A program made the translations under genes and the position numbers. Below the pieces are notes generated by a model. It was given only the letters and a program-made list of their open reading frames with translations, had not been told where the DNA came from and ran no database searches. Of a stretch of DNA of 64,000 nucleotides, positions 1 to 13,774 are shown one piece after another. The stretch is from Moniliella sp. 'wahieum' (taxonomy: Eukaryota), in the NCBI GenBank assembly GCA_003971905.1, contig RSEE01000079.1, positions 124,001-188,000 of the forward strand, given 5' to 3'. The number at the start of each line of letters is the position of its first letter. Within the stretch, counting starts at the first letter, position 1.

Positions 1-500
1 GAGGTTAAACGTACGTTAAACGTTGAACGTTACACGTTAATCGAGTTAATCGATAAATCGATCGATAATCGATAATCGATAGTCGGGGACATGGTGACAT
101 GCGTCACCGGCCACCCCGTCCCATGTCGCACGTCCCACAGTGTATACCCTGTCACATGTGTCACACACCCAGCCTCTCAGGAAGGTATAGGAACTCCAGC
201 ACCCCAACTACAAACACCGCTACCCCACGCCCCGCCCGCCCCACCCTGCCCCGCCGCTTCAGCTACGTCTGTTGCCCACAATGAGTACGAGTACTGAGTT
301 ATAGTCGCCACAAACAGTCCAGCTTCCAACGTTTAACGAACGACGTACAACGTACCAATCGCGGCCAACAGATCCTGTGTGCATCAGATTCATCAGATCC
401 CACAAAAGCACGCGTCACGCGTCACGCGTCACGCACGCGAAAGCGTCACATGTCACATATGTCACCGGTGTATGTGCACATGTGTTGTTCAACATGTCAA
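1..500. repeat. Dense cluster of 7-bp-phased palindromic micro-arrays
   Basis: AACGTT-G-AACGTT (19-31), ATCGAT-A-ATCGAT-A-ATCGAT (61-80), ACGCGT-C x3 (410-430), AAGCGT-C-ACATGT-C-ACATAT (441-460). Confidence 0.9.
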
Positions 501-3500
501 CACGACGGGCATCGACAAAATTTCTGCCTCCAAGCGCGACGGGCCTCGCACCTGTGTGAGAAGTATGTCAACAGCTGGCCAAGTCCTGCAGGACTGATGT
601 ACTGATACTGGAGTATACTTATTACCTGAGTATATAGAGGCGGCTGAGGACCTTCCTGTTTTACGATACCGCGCAGAGTACTACTCCGAAGTACGAGTCT
701 TACTCTCCAAGTGCTCGATGCTCTCACTCTTACGTGCGTTCTAGAGATACCCCGTACATTATCGAAACCCTACACCATAACCCGCAGGCCGCATCACACT
801 CTACAACGTCACATACACCAACAGCAAGTACACCAAACGGCCCTACGTAGTAGGTATAGCATAGAGAAGAATAGCCGCTCTCTCTTCTCCACCCCGTGCT
901 GCTAATCGTTCCATAGTGTTTACCGTTTACCGTTTACTGATCACCAGTCTTACAGCGCATTGCGCACAGCTAGCTCTGCACTGTGGTAGTTGAGTGTATC
1001 GAAAGGTTAAACGTTGAACGGATTAAACAGGGGAGTTGCTCCGACATGAGATTTACGTTGGGGGATTGGCCTTATAGAGCTTAGACATTAGAGGGCTTAG
1101 AGCTTGGGATTTAATATTAGGTCGTAGAAGGCCTTAGGGCTTAGACTTAGGACTTAGGCCCTTGGAGAGAGACACTTCAGGGGGGGTGATGCAGGCGATG
1201 CTGGTAGTAATGGGTAATACCCCTAGGGAGACCTCCACACCTCGATCAGCAAACCAGAGGGGGGGCAGCTATGGTGGACAGATGTAGGTTCTCGTTCCCT
1301 TAAGTGCGGAGGTCATTTTTTCGCGAGAGGGGACGCTGCGGACGACGGATTAAACGATGAACTTATTGCTCTGATCGGCAATTTACACAGTAGTGACTAT
1401 ATAGTGGCCGGTGACCGTGACCAAAGAAGTGTGGGAGGCGAGTGGAAGTGGTGGGGATGAAGCTTGAACTTGAAGCTTGAAGATGCAATCTTAATCAGGG
1501 GGAGGCAGCCCAGAGGCGCCAACGAGGAGGGGCGGAGCAGAGGCGAGCCCGGCCAATGCAATCTCATATCGATCATGTCATCTCCTCTCTCTGAGTAGTT
1601 GTTGAGCTCTCAGCCGCAGGCTTATGTGTCTCCCGTCGTCCCTCCCGCATGACATCCCACACGGTATAATAGTTCAACTGTGTCGACGAGGCCCCATGGT
1701 TCTGGCGTTGCGCGGGTCCAGTTCTCCGTCGCTGCAAAAAGTTTTTCTAGGCAATTATAATCCTTCGTTTGTCCCGCCGCCCCGGCTGATGCACCAGGTG
1801 GCGCACCTCACAAAAGCGGCAATCTAGACACATATGCCCCGCGTTGCCCCCAGGTTTCCCATCTAGCATACATAGCACGACGCGAGTGGGATTAAGATCT
1901 GTTGACTGTGATCCTCCGGCTCCCAGTCGGTAGACCAGGTTCGCCTCGGTTCCATCGGCTTCCACGCTGGTGCCCTAGCGTGTCACTGTCCCTGTGCCCT
2001 GCACTCTCTCCTGTGTGACTCACTGGCCCTGTGCCTAGTCCAGCCTCCTATATAGATGCCTCTGTACCCAGACCCAACTCTGGCTCCAATCGATCACCTT
2101 CTCCTCATCCTTCTGCCGTCCGGCTCCCTAGGCTAACAAGATCTAAGATGTGTATCATCCTAGCTCTCATTTTCTGTGTCCACCCTATTACCCCCCCCAC
2201 AAACAACAATCACATGTCGTCGCATGTCACATGTCACACAGGGGGAACTAAGTATGCTGGATGGTCTGTTCGATCTGAAGCTTGAAGACACTAGAAGAAT
2301 GTAGCCAGTAGCTAGTAACGAGTAACACTTGAGACGTGTCGACCAGGATCTCGCTGTCGACAGGCTACTTGATGTGTATACTATCGGGGAACTTCAGGGC
2401 GGTTTTCTCCTATCCACATGAGAACACAGACACAGCATAGAGCCCCCCCGATGCATGTGATAGCAGGGCAGCGTCCCTGTTTGGGGGCTGTGGGGGCACA
2501 GAGAGACGTGAGTAGTGACTAGCCTGCGACGCGTGTGTTGCCCATGAGTACTGTGTGTGAGTACAGAGTATAGGAAGTATGCAACACTATAAGCGCAAGC
2601 CCCCCCCGCGCGACAGCAACCTTTACCATCACATATGTAGTGTCAGAAAATGTGACCACACACCATCACAACCACGGCTGGGGAGGAGAGGGAACACTTT
2701 GGATCATATCTTGGAGTGCAACAGGCAGCCCATGTGCATCCTCATCAGGTGCATCAGGCATCAGACCTCTGGGAGAAAAGATGGTGGAGCTGCGCGTACG
2801 AGACGTGGCAGGAGACATGGGTTGCATGGGGTAGGGGCCACAGCACAAGAGACATGGCCCAAGCGCGGCGGAATGCTACCCGGCCATCGTTGGGTCCAGT
2901 CTTCTGGTGCGGCCACAGTCTGCTGCTGCAACGCTCGAAGGCGGAGCTTGCAGAGAGATGCATGATGCATGATGTGTGACATGTGATCCATGATGCGCTC
3001 GATGGCCAGCCACACATTTAAGCTTTCCGAGTTGCGCATCTGCTGTTCCTGCTCCACGCACTGCCCCCGTGCTGCGCCGAAGCCGTTGAGCACCGGGCAC
3101 TGAGTCCCTGCGTACCTGAGTATTGCATACTGGTCGATGATCGAATATCTCCAGGGCGTGCCTCTGCACAAGAACGCACCCCACCGAAAGGCCTTTGGGT
3201 GCTGAACAGTGATTCCGCCGCCTCCGCCCTGGGGTGGCGCCGGCATCTTCGACACCATCGGGGCCGGTCATGGACATCAGTACTCAGTCCTCGATCTTCC
3301 CCACACCGGCCTCACTGCATCCAACACCCTTCCCCACCAACCGGACATTTGAGCCTGTAGGTTTTAACGTTTAACATTTACCGGTTACCATTTACGAACC
3401 GCTGGGCGGCTGACGCAGGGCGGAGGCGGTGCGGACGCTGGTGAGACGCACTAAAGGCCGCGTGCACATAGGTGCCAATGCCCAATCTGCAAGTAAGCCG

Positions 3501-4658
3501 AATAGGGCGTGTTGGCAGGGCGTGTTGGCAGGGCGCGTGGCAGGGCCTGGCCCGCCAGGTGCTTGCGCCTAGCGCGTCCGTCTCAGGGCGCACGGCGCCA
3601 CTGCGTGCTGCCTATCGACTACATCGACTATCCGTCGCTCTACCGGCTACCAAGCTCGGCCGCCAAGGCGCGGTCTGGGTTCGGGGGCGCGTAGGCAGCG
3701 GGACAGTCGGGGCCGAGAGTGGACAGTGCCTAGTGCCTGGCCCCCGCGCCCCGCAGTGGCTATTAGCCCTACCAGTGGCCCCGCGCACGCGACATGTCAG
3801 ACACATCACATCCGCAAAGGCCCGCGCGGCGAGAACACAAGGCTCTGGCACCACATCACACATCACGCTCACGCTCGCCCAGCCTGCATCACATATCCCA
3901 TGCACCATCAACACCATCAACCACCACCCAGTTGGCAGGTACTGGCTGGTATACTGTGCCAGTTAAGCTGATCACCACTAGTCAGTAAGTCATTACCACC
4001 ATTTGCATTGTTCCCACCGAAACACCCCCGGTTGCCGCCGTCACAATCACACCAGAGCAGGGTCACGGATGTCGCTAGTCACTAGTCGCGGCGTCCTGGC
4101 GCGCTGTGCGGTCAGCAGTGTGCGGCCTGCATCCCTCGATCCATCGCCCCGCGTTGGGTCTCTGTCCCCCCCCCCAGCCTCGCCCCCTCGCCCGGCGTCC
4201 AGCGGTCAGATCGTTCAGAGCTGCCGCCTGCTGAGACCCAGGCTGGCCTCCCCGCCAAGAAGCCCGCCACGCCTGCGGCACACATGCCTTTCCGTCTATA
4301 TTGCCGCGACAGGCACCACCGTAGCCTCTACAGCCGCCCGAAGCGAGAGCAGCAGCGCGGCTTGAAGCAAAGCCATGGTGGGGTCAGTAGTCACCACTAG
4401 CCACGACTTGGGGGACACTCCCCGACCCCGTCCCACAACGGTACTTCATGTGCCATGTTTTTGGGGCCTGCAAAGCGTGGTATAAAACCCCTCCGCCCTT
4501 CTCCCGTCGACAATTCCCGCCTCGTCATCTCATCTTTCCTCTCCCCTCCTCCCCCCCCCCAACACGGTCCAGCGCACCTCGGGCCGTTTCCCCTCCTAGT
4601 CGCCTTCTCCAAGCCCCTCTCCCCGTTCAACTTCACCACCTCACACCCTCTTCCCATC

Positions 4659-6521
4659 ATGCCCGCCATTACTGGTGGCGGCCTCGCCGCTCACAAGCCT
4701 GCCGACCTGAGCATCCGGCAGTCAATGCCGGCCATTCTGATTGGCATTGCCGCGTCCATGGGCGGTCTTCTGTACGGTTACGACACCGGCACCATTTCTG
4801 GTACGTACTCCCTCTGGCATGGGTCCCCCAACCTCTCTTCTGCCTCTGTGTGTGTTCCAAGGATCCATATCTGACCCCAGACGTTGGTTGGGTCACATCG
4901 TGCAGGTCTACTGGACCAGCAGCGCTTCAAGGAAGACTTTGGTCACTGGCAAGCTGGTAGCGGCAGTGGTTCGGGTAAATATGCTCTCGGGTCTTCGACC
5001 ACGTCGATGGTCACCTCGCTCTTGTCTGTGGGTACCTTTGTTGGTGCCTTGGTTGGTGCACCCTTTGGCGACTACTTTGGCCGCAAGAACGCGGTGCACC
5101 TGGCCAATCTCATCTTTGTCTTTGGCGTGTCACTCCAGACGGGCGCGCCGAAGCACCACCTTGGTATGTTTGTCGGAGGACGTGTTGTGGCTGGTGTGGG
5201 CGTGGGTATCATCTCGACCATCATCCCAACCTACCAGTCGGAGACTGCCCCGCGCTGGATTCGTGGCGCAATCGTCGGAGCCTATCAGTGGGCGATCACT
5301 ATTGGTTTGTTGTTGGCGTCGGGTGTCAACCTGGGCACGTCTCGGTACCACGACACCACGGCCGAGTACCGTGTCCCGATTGCTATACAGCTTGGATGGG
5401 CAATTGCACTCTCTGCTGGTCTTCTGTTTATGCCCGAGTCGCCCCGCTGGCTCGTTCGTTCCGGCCGGGACGCACAGGCGCGCCAAGCGCTCAGCCGTCT
5501 GCATTCTGTCGCTCCTGACAGTGAAGAGGTCGACCTGGAGTACGCCGAGATCAAGTCCAACCTAGAAGAGGAGCTCGGCCAAACTTCCCCCGGCATTCAC
5601 GGTTACATTGACTGCTTCCGGATGGGCAACAGGAAGTACCTGCTGCGCACGTTGACGGGTATTTTCATCCAATGTGCGTACTATCCCCCAACACGATTTC
5701 CCAGACGCTTCCACCCCATTTGATGGAGTTGGATACTGACCTGCCTGTCTTCTCTTCGTTTTTAGTCTGGCAACAGTTTACCGGCATCAACTACATTATG
5801 TACTATGGAACTGTCTTTGGCTCGCAGGCTATTCCCACTTTGGACCCTTTCGTCTTTGCCCTGATCCCGGCTATCGTCAACGTGGTCGCCACGATTCCCG
5901 GGTTGTTCCTGGTGGACAAGGTGGGTCGGCGTCGTATGCTTCTGGCTGGTGCTGCGTGGATGGCGTTGTGCCATTTGATTGTCGCTGTGGTCTCGCTCAG
6001 CACGCCGATTACCAACCTGCCGTCTCGGAACGCTATGGTTGCCTTTGTCTGTCTCTTTGTCGCTGGCTTTGCCCCGACCTGGGGTCCGATCGCGTGGGTT
6101 GTCTGCGGTGAGATTTTCCCCTGGCCATCCGTGCCAAGGGAATGAGCTTGTGCGCGGCGTCCAACTGGGCGATCAATGTTGCTCTCGGCTCCTCGACGCC
6201 GTACATTGTTGAGCGGATTGGAACCAAGGTATTCTTTGTGTGGATGGCTACCACTCTGTGTGGCATGGTGTTTGTCTACTTCTTCGTGTACGAAACGGCG
6301 GGCTTGTCGCTTGAGGAGGTGGACGAGATGTACGGCCAGACGACGACGCTCAAGTCGGCCACGTTCAACAAGGAGATGCGTGAGCGCCGTGGACACGGCA
6401 ACATTGCCGAGCCGGGTGAGTGGCACTCTCCCTCGAAGAAGATGCGGCTATGGCTGAAAAGAAGCTCGAGGGAACCAACATTGGTACTCTCGACGCTAGT
6501 ACTCCGGGCTCGGTCGCTTGA
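4659..6521 (+). CDS. MFS sugar porter (hexose transporter, HXT/Ght/Rco-3-like)
   Basis: Motifs GGLLYGYDTGTISG, GDYFGRK, PTYQSETAPRWIRG, PESPRWL, QQFTGINYIMYYG, VDKVGRRR, WGPIAWVVCGEIFP, ETAGLSLEEVDEMY. Introns 4801-4905 (gtacgt..tgcag) and 5674-5765 (gtgcgt..tttag). Frameshifts near 6120 and about 6430; the stop is inferred. Confidence 0.95.
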
Positions 6522-7048
6522 TCGAGTCTCTTTGTTTCATATTCTTGTTGCCTATCAATATGTGCTTGTCACGTTAAATTCCCCTTTTGCACAACTTTTC
6601 TGTGCTTTTCGACATTCCCCCGCTATGAATGAAGCTTCATTGCCACTCCGTGTATTGGCTGCTTCGGCTTATAAGGTGTACACCATGTGCCTGGCATTAT
6701 AGCTGTCATGCATGTCATGGTTTCAAGAATTGTATATAGTTACCAGTTCAGGTGAAGCGTTCACTTGAACTGCTTGAAACTCGCTTTAAGTGAGCATCTA
6801 TAGTTCTAAGTAGTCTCACGGCAGGATTTACGCTTTACTACTAGTTACTCCAAATAATTCGTCACGCTCATGTTTCCGTTGGCCTTGCGTTTTGTATGAC
6901 AGTTGCTTTGCGAAGAGCGCTGATCTGACGCACTGACGTCTGATACCCATGCAAGGTCCATGCGTTTGCATCCCGTGCTCCCCCGACCGAGTTCATCTTC
7001 CTTAGTATGGCACCGGCTTTTCTCATCGAGACTACTCCGTTCAGTCCG

Positions 7049-8850
7049 TCAGTCTAGTAGGTTCAGTTCATACGTAAAACATGTACGGCCCAATGCTTGC
7101 CTACCCCCTACCGGTTCCACTATCTTGGCCTTACCTCGACTACTGTCCCCAGGCCCAATTACACAAAGCAACGTACCTCCCACCTCCATAAAGTAAAGAT
7201 CGGCCGGGGAGGGTATCTCCACCCAATCCATCGCGGGAGGGACCGATCCCAACATGCTCAACTAAATCATTTGTTTCGTTTCCGTCCGACCCAGGCACGA
7301 ACAGGAGCCAAGCGAATCGGAATGAGGTACGTCAGGGACATTAGACTATCGAGGCACTAGACCATGAACCACCAGGCCACGAGGCTACTAGGCCATCAGG
7401 CCATCAGACTGGTCCAGCGTGCGCCCCAACCAAGAAAGTAGAGGCGCGTGGGGTAGGGCGGAAAAGGGCGTCACGGACAAGGTACAAGAGCAACTTATTT
7501 ACTCCCATTGTGGGTTCGGTGGGAGAATAGGTATGCTTGCCCCCCCAATCCGAGTCGGTGGAATACTCTTCCTCTTCCTCCGCTTCTTGCCGAGACGGAG
7601 TGGCGCCCCGTACAAGACCCTGTGGCCAGAGAACCAACTCCGATGCCTGTTGAAGAAAGTGGGCCAGGTCCCAGGCCAAAGCCCAGGAGGCTCCAAAAGC
7701 TTGGCTCAGACGATGGATAATCATCTCCTGTCCTGGGTGTAGGGTGGTGCGCGGCAGCAAGAAGCATAGCCCAGTGTTCTCTAAGCTGCATCGTCGTTTC
7801 CTCCCCAGATCAACAAGAGGCTGGGCCGTCGCCTCATCTGAAACCAACAGCAGGGAGAAGTGTTAGCCCCATGCAGCCCAATCGGGTCAACGTACTAAAG
7901 TAAATTTGGGTTGTGCCTCGTGCACCTTTGTGTCCGGGTGGTAGCAGTTGCACCAGCCGCGAATGGAAGGTGCGCACCAGACTTTGGCCCACTTGGATTT
8001 GCGTATCATGTGCTGGGGTAGGAGGACGACGCCGTTAAGAACCAAGGTGTTGGAGGAACAGTACTCGCCAACCAAACTTTGAACATACTCTTCCTTCCCC
8101 CCTCGCTGGGGCAAAGAAAGGGGATCACGCGTCCGATGCGAGTTCGTTCCGGGCTTGGGGAGAGGGAAGGAGACGTGGTGTGGGAGCAAGAGCGGAGCGA
8201 CGACGTTTCTCCCACCCGCCACCCCTTGAGTAAGTCAGGCACACCAACCAAGCCTCGTCCCGATGCCCAGGACTGACGGCGAGGCGTGTGAGTCGTTTCG
8301 GAGCGGTGGTGCTGAGCCTTGGCCTGGGCCCAACGGGGGATCAGCGTCCCCAATGCCTCTTGGTCCGAAACCAAGACAAGCACCGTAATCCCCGATGGAG
8401 GCGGAGGAAACAAGCGCTGCATTAGGCCCTGCAACAGCCCTTCCCCTCGCCCACCGGGCAACCCCACCGTATCTTCTCCTGTAGCGTTGGAGGCGAGGGC
8501 GACAGCGAGGCTGTATGCGAGCTCGGGCGCAGCCGAGGGGAGGATGACAACCGCACGCCCTCGGTTTTTAGCTGAGCGAAGCTCGGGCGAGGAAAGGTCT
8601 TCAGGTGCCGAGTGGCGCGGGGATAGGGGAGGGGGGAAGAGCATGAGCAAGTGCGAGGCCAGGAGGGCGCGTACCTGGGCGCTCTGGTGCTGCAGGTGAG
8701 CACACAAAGCGAGTACGACGCCACACAACGCCTCTGCTGCCATGGCGCTCCCCAGCAGTACTAGCGCCAACAGCACGACCGTCTCCGCCGCCACGTGGCC
8801 TAGGTAGTGATGGCGCGTGTCAGCTCGGCGGTCGGGTGCACGCCCATCGG
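7049..8850 (-). CDS. Hypothetical protein, probably with an N-terminal membrane anchor (frameshifted)
   Basis: Overlapping minus-strand ORFs (8006-8794, 7887-8222, 7404-7847, 7049-7261) tile the interval with protein-like composition, with a hydrophobic segment near the N-terminus. No family recognised. Confidence 0.45.
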
Positions 8851-9209
8851 TGTGGAGGAGATGGTGGCGGTCACCGTGAGCTCTTAATGTGCGGTTCCGC
8901 TTTCACTTGGAGCGTGAATTGACAAGCCGATTAAGGTTGTGCGCTCGGATAGATTAGACAGGCGGATTGCGACTGCAACAATGGAGACTGAGGTCAATGG
9001 TGAGATCGGTGAGATCTGACAGTAAAGGAGTCCTCGATCCAATTGCTCCTGTTTGGGCTATGGGCGCCGCCACTGTCCTCTCCCTTTCTTCGCTAGCGCA
9101 TCAACGGCTTCCCTCCCTGTGTCTCCTATGCTCGCTCCGATCTGCTATACACATCACAGTAAAGAGGCAATGTGACGTCCAAGTGACTGTTCCAATCCGC
9201 AACCTGAGC

Positions 9210-10530
9210 CTAGGCCTGGGCCTGGGCCTTAGCCGCCTTCTTAGCCTCCTTATCCGCCTTCTGCGCCGCCAGTGCCTCCTCCTTGGACTTGGCCGTGCCA
9301 CCCTCCTCTACAGTGAACATGTGTGCCACCCGCGGGTTCTTCGCTTTGACCGTCTTCTTGGCCGGTTTGGCCGGCACATCGGCGGGGTAAGCCTCCTGGT
9401 TGATCTTGACGAATTCCGGCTGCTCAAATGCTTTTCGCACGGGCGCAAGAAGTGCAATGATCGCATCGGCTACACCTTTCTTCAAGTCGAGCGGGTGGAG
9501 TTTCTTGGCAACATAGTCCTCCTCCAATTGGGCGTAGGAAGTGTAGTGAAGCGACCCGCCGAACTTTTCCGGACGGGAAATGGAGAAGAGCGTACCAGCC
9601 GGAGCAGAGTCGAGGTGCAGTTCGCCACCCGTACCATTGTCCGGGTGGAGAAGGTCACCATGACCTTCGGCGCGCGTCTCGGCACGTAGCCGTGCAACGG
9701 GGAACACGACCGCCTTGGCAAATGCCAGCACGCCATTCTCCTCCACTTGCCCCTCGACGCAGAATGCCTCATTGAGTTTCTTTGAATCTCTTTGGGCGAG
9801 TCGAGGAAATCAATCTTGCTGCCCTTGTCCGAGGAGCTCATCTTGCTCCCCTTGAGCCCTGGCACCATGGGACTCATCAAGTGCGCACGTTTCTCGTAGC
9901 CCAGCTTGGGCAGGAAAGCCTCAGCGTAGGTAAAGATCTTGCGCTGGTCCACCCCCCAAACTGGAAGTCCACATGCAGGTGCTCCTCATCCAATGCCTGC
10001 AGGCCCGGGTAGAGCAGCGAAGAGAGCAAAGGAGAAGCGACCTGTTTTACCACCTCGGCACCGGCACGCAATGCATCGTGCTCGGTCACGATGGACGCTA
10101 GACGGTACTGGTCCATGGTGTACTCGGGCGTAAGCTGGTACGAGGACCCAACGACAAACTCGAGACGGTCCACAGGTACACCAATCGCTTGCAACACCAC
10201 CTTGATCATTGCGCCGTAGTAAGCCGCGCGCCTTGACCAACTCAATGGGCGCCTTGAGGTTGTCCAAGAAAGCATGGATGTCTGCCAGGAGCACCTTGAC
10301 GTGCACACCTGCCTTGAGGAAGTCAGCCAACTTGCAGAGCGGAACAAGGTAGCCAACGTGCGGCCGACCCGTGGGGGCGGTGCCAAAGTACGCCCGCACC
10401 GGCCGTTCTTGCGCCGTAAGGATCGCCTTGACCTTCTCCCCCCCAGCACTTCTTGCAGGTCACGCGTGATGAGCTCGTACTTGGCCTCGGGGCTGAGCTG
10501 AGACGAGATAGCTTCGGATTTGCTGGCCAT
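9210..10530 (-). CDS. TYS1: Cytoplasmic tyrosyl-tRNA synthetase
   Basis: [14 protein letters not shown] (HIGH-like), [38 protein letters not shown] and [11 protein letters not shown], spread over several frames by indels. Confidence 0.96.
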
Positions 10531-10849
10531 TGGGGCGAGTGGAAGCGGGGCAAGCGGTGGCAAGGACGGGGGTGGTATCGGAGTAGGAGTTGGGAGGTGG
10601 GAGCTGGGAGGGGCGTTAACCAGGTGTGGTTCTGACTCACGAAAAGCGACCGAGTTTGTTCCACCGGGTTACATAATCCAAACCCGATCCTCTTTTCCGC
10701 GTCGCTGGCTCCTGAGGCTCAGCGGCTCAGGGCGCAGCGCCGCCCGGCGGGCTTTGCAGATTGCTTAAATCCAACCGGAATGGATCTGCCGCTTCACGCG
10801 TGGAGACACCCCGGTTACTACGAATCCAGAACACGCAACGCCAATCACT

Positions 10850-12110
10850 CTAGCCAGATCGCAGCGGCTCGCTTGTTGGATCCAGAGCGAGCTGGACGTT
10901 GGACTGAGTTGAGTCCATGGACCCAGCAGTCACAGAAGGGCGTCCATTGCAATCAGGGTAACCGGTAACGGGGGAACCAGAGAGGGAACAGAGGGATGCG
11001 GGAGGGGTAGGCAGAGTGGGACATTGGATGAGAGGCGTGCAAGGGGGGCGTGCAATAGAGAGGGAGGAAAGTGCGCAAGGAGAGGAGTATGCTAAGGTGC
11101 GGTGGCAGAGGACTAGGGTGCGGTTGAAGAGGACAAGAAAGGGGAGCTGTCGAGGGACAGGTCTCCAGCGCGTGCAGTGCGCAGCGGGGAGTATCCTGCA
11201 CCGGGATCGCAAAGGAGGAAGCAGAGGGTGCAGTGGAACCTGTTGCGACCGAACGAAGGGAGTGAACCCCCCGTCCCACGACGATAATCTGGTCCCGGGG
11301 GAGAGAGAGGTCTCCTGTTCGGGAAGGGGAGCAAGCTCCGAGCCGATGGGACGATCGGTGCGATCAGGGACGTAGATCCGCGGGGAGGGCAGCGAGCGGC
11401 CACGCCGACGCTCCTCTTCCTCGGTATGCTCCGAGATGCGAGAGAGGTGTGTGGCAGCAGAGATGGAAATTCGCTGGTTGGCTGCCTGGGGCGGGAGCGT
11501 GAGGGACTCCTCGTACGTGGTAAGTCCATCGCGGCGGAGGATAGTGTACTCCATGTCGTCGGTGGACAAGGATCGAGGCGGTGGCATAGGCATGCGCTCG
11601 CCGCGCTTTCGGCGGCCAGCGCACGAAGACGCGCGTCCTCGCGGGCGACCAAGGCAGCGTGTATCCTGCGCTGCGCGCGGGCTCGCCACACACACACGCC
11701 CAACAACACCAGCGCCACCCCGGCCAAGGCGCCACCCACGCCACCACCAATGGCGGCACCCTTGTTGCTGCTGCTTCTCGTGGACGGGGAAGGGAGGCAG
11801 TAATTGTCCGGGCAGGAGCGACCGCAGGGCAAGGCGATAAGGCGCTCGACACAGGTGGTGCAGTCAGTGGGACAGATGGGAGAGTAGAGGGTGGTGTTGC
11901 ACTGGCACTCTTGCTCTCGAGCGTCAGGAGTGTCATGGCCGCGAGCAGGGTCGCAAGCGCGAAAGCGAAGGCAGAGGTGGGACAGGGGCGAGAGCAAGAG
12001 GTGCAGAGCGCAGAACCAAATGAACAGGCTATGGGCACGGACACCAGAGCAAACGACCCAGTGGCTGGCCAGCCAGAAGCGGAAGCGAGGGGCGGGGAGG
12101 GCGTGGATGA
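10850..12110 (-). CDS. Single-pass membrane protein with an 8-Cys extracellular module, Opy2-like
   Basis: CQC..ICPTDCTTC..PCGRSCPDNYC is followed by a Ser-rich linker, the TM GAAIGGGVGGALAGVALVLLGVCVW, basic residues and a low-complexity tail. This architecture matches fungal Opy2. Both ends are uncertain. Confidence 0.55.
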
Positions 12111-12453
12111 CAAGGAGGTTCCTCGAGTGGTGCTTGTGTGTCCTGGGTTGAAATGTGAGCGCCATGGCCACGCATCTCAGAGGCGTATTAGCGACTGCCA
12201 TGTGGAAGACGCGATTACCGCACACTGCCCCCACGCGGCGCCTGGGAAATGACATTTCAATATTCAACGCCACTGCACATTCAATATTCACATCGCTTTC
12301 CATTCTGTTTTCTGCTGGCACTGGCTTAAAGCACCCACACTGCTGTCGCCCCTCGCACAGCCACGGGCTCGACAGCGTTCATTACTCCCGTCCCTGTCAC
12401 CTCTACCACTGCACCTACTCGGCACTCTGTTGTAAGGCCAGCATACGTTGCTC

Positions 12454-13370
12454 TCACGCCGCGCTGCTCAGCACCTGGAGGTCAACCGTTTTGGTCTCCT
12501 GCGCTGCCGCGGCGCTCTGGCCGCTTCCACGCCGACAGACCAGAAAGTCGACCAGCTGCCGGAGTTGGGCAAAGTACTCGATCTTGCCCTGGAGTTGGAC
12601 GCTGGTCACTCGTGCTGACGTTGACGGCAGCGCAAACAACAGCACCTCTCCCCTTGCGATGCAAGACAAAAAGGCATCAACCCGTACCCCTGTTCCATAG
12701 GAGTGCCAACAGGTACTTCCACCTTCCTTTTTTGTCCCGACGCTGAGAGAGCGCGGACAAATTCCAATGCAATGCCTTTGCCCACGAATGCAAGACCCTG
12801 GGGCAAGCGTGTTGGAGCTTGTGCAGGAGGGGCAGCGCGTCCGCGCGTTGCTCCTGTCGGCTCAACTGGCTCATCTCCCGCGTCGGACGCGGAGTAAGGT
12901 TGGTCAATCCAATCCGATAGGGCCCTAGGCTAACCTTGCCCGTTTTGTTCGTCTCTTCTTTGATCAAAGGGAGCGAGGGCAGCTGGGGCAGCAGCTCATC
13001 CTCCTCTGGAGCTAGGAGGCGGCGGCTCAAGCCGAATGAATAGGCAGGGATAGAAGTGGTTGGTATGGTGGGCGTAATGTCGTCCTCTGCGTGCGGATTC
13101 GAGTCCTGGGTTGATACCCACGAGGATCAGGTCGAGAGGCAGGGGTTCGAGGTAGTCGGGAACACCGCCGGTCGTGGTATGTTTTCGGTCGTACCCGAAC
13201 GGCGCTTCTTGTTTGAGGGAGGCGAAGCAGAATGGAATGAGATGCCGCGTCGCGTTTTCGCGGATGCGCAGGCGGTGATGGTGTGCGATCTGGCAGCGAA
13301 GAGGAAGGAGATGGTTGGTGAGTTTGGCGAGCAACGGAACCGTAATACCGGGCACAGTAAAGGGTGCCAT
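12454..13370 (-). CDS. G/T(U) mismatch-specific DNA glycosylase, TDG/MUG family (S. pombe Thp1-like)
   Basis: GVPDYL..LILVGINPGLESARRGRHYAHHTNHFYPCL, IGLTNLTPRPT, LAFVGKGI and LPSTSAR are UDG family 2 motifs. Confidence 0.92.
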
Positions 13371-13613
13371 GGCGAGTGGAGGGTGGGATGCCGACGCTGG
13401 GGGATCAGGTGGGGCGCAGGTTAGGTTACAAGTGGGGTCAGAATTCCTGCACTGCAGTGGGAATCGTCTGCATGGCAGGGCGAGCGATGATGGTTAGATG
13501 GTAGGGTGCTTCCATACAGGCCAGGAGGAGATAGGTGAAAGAAAGACCAGTGGCGTCGACGACGGCGATAACACGGCTGACGTCATCCTCATCGGTGATC
13601 GCCGAGTTGGGCT

Positions 13614-13646
13614 GCTTCAAGCTTCAAGCTTCAAGCTTCACTAGTC
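13614..13646. repeat. 7-bp-phased array AAGCTT-C x3 followed by ACTAGT-C
   Basis: Read directly at 13619-13646. Confidence 0.9.
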
Positions 13647-13774
13647 TCTGACTGCCCCAGCTTGATTTATTGGCTTCTAGCGAGCATGGCCTAGACTCTG
13701 GAGTACTTGATGCTTACCACCACCCAAGCTACCGGCCGCCATCCTGCTCATCCCTCACGCCCCTCCCCGCCCCA

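Noticed and set aside
1070..1160. Interstitial telomere-like TTAGGG repeats
   Set aside because: Only one perfect TTAGGG. The cttag units are irregular and better explained as mutated low-complexity coding sequence.
12454..13370. TDG/MUG glycosylase as the enzyme behind the footprints
   Set aside because: It is an ordinary housekeeping family in many fungi, and nothing in the sequence links it to the arrays.
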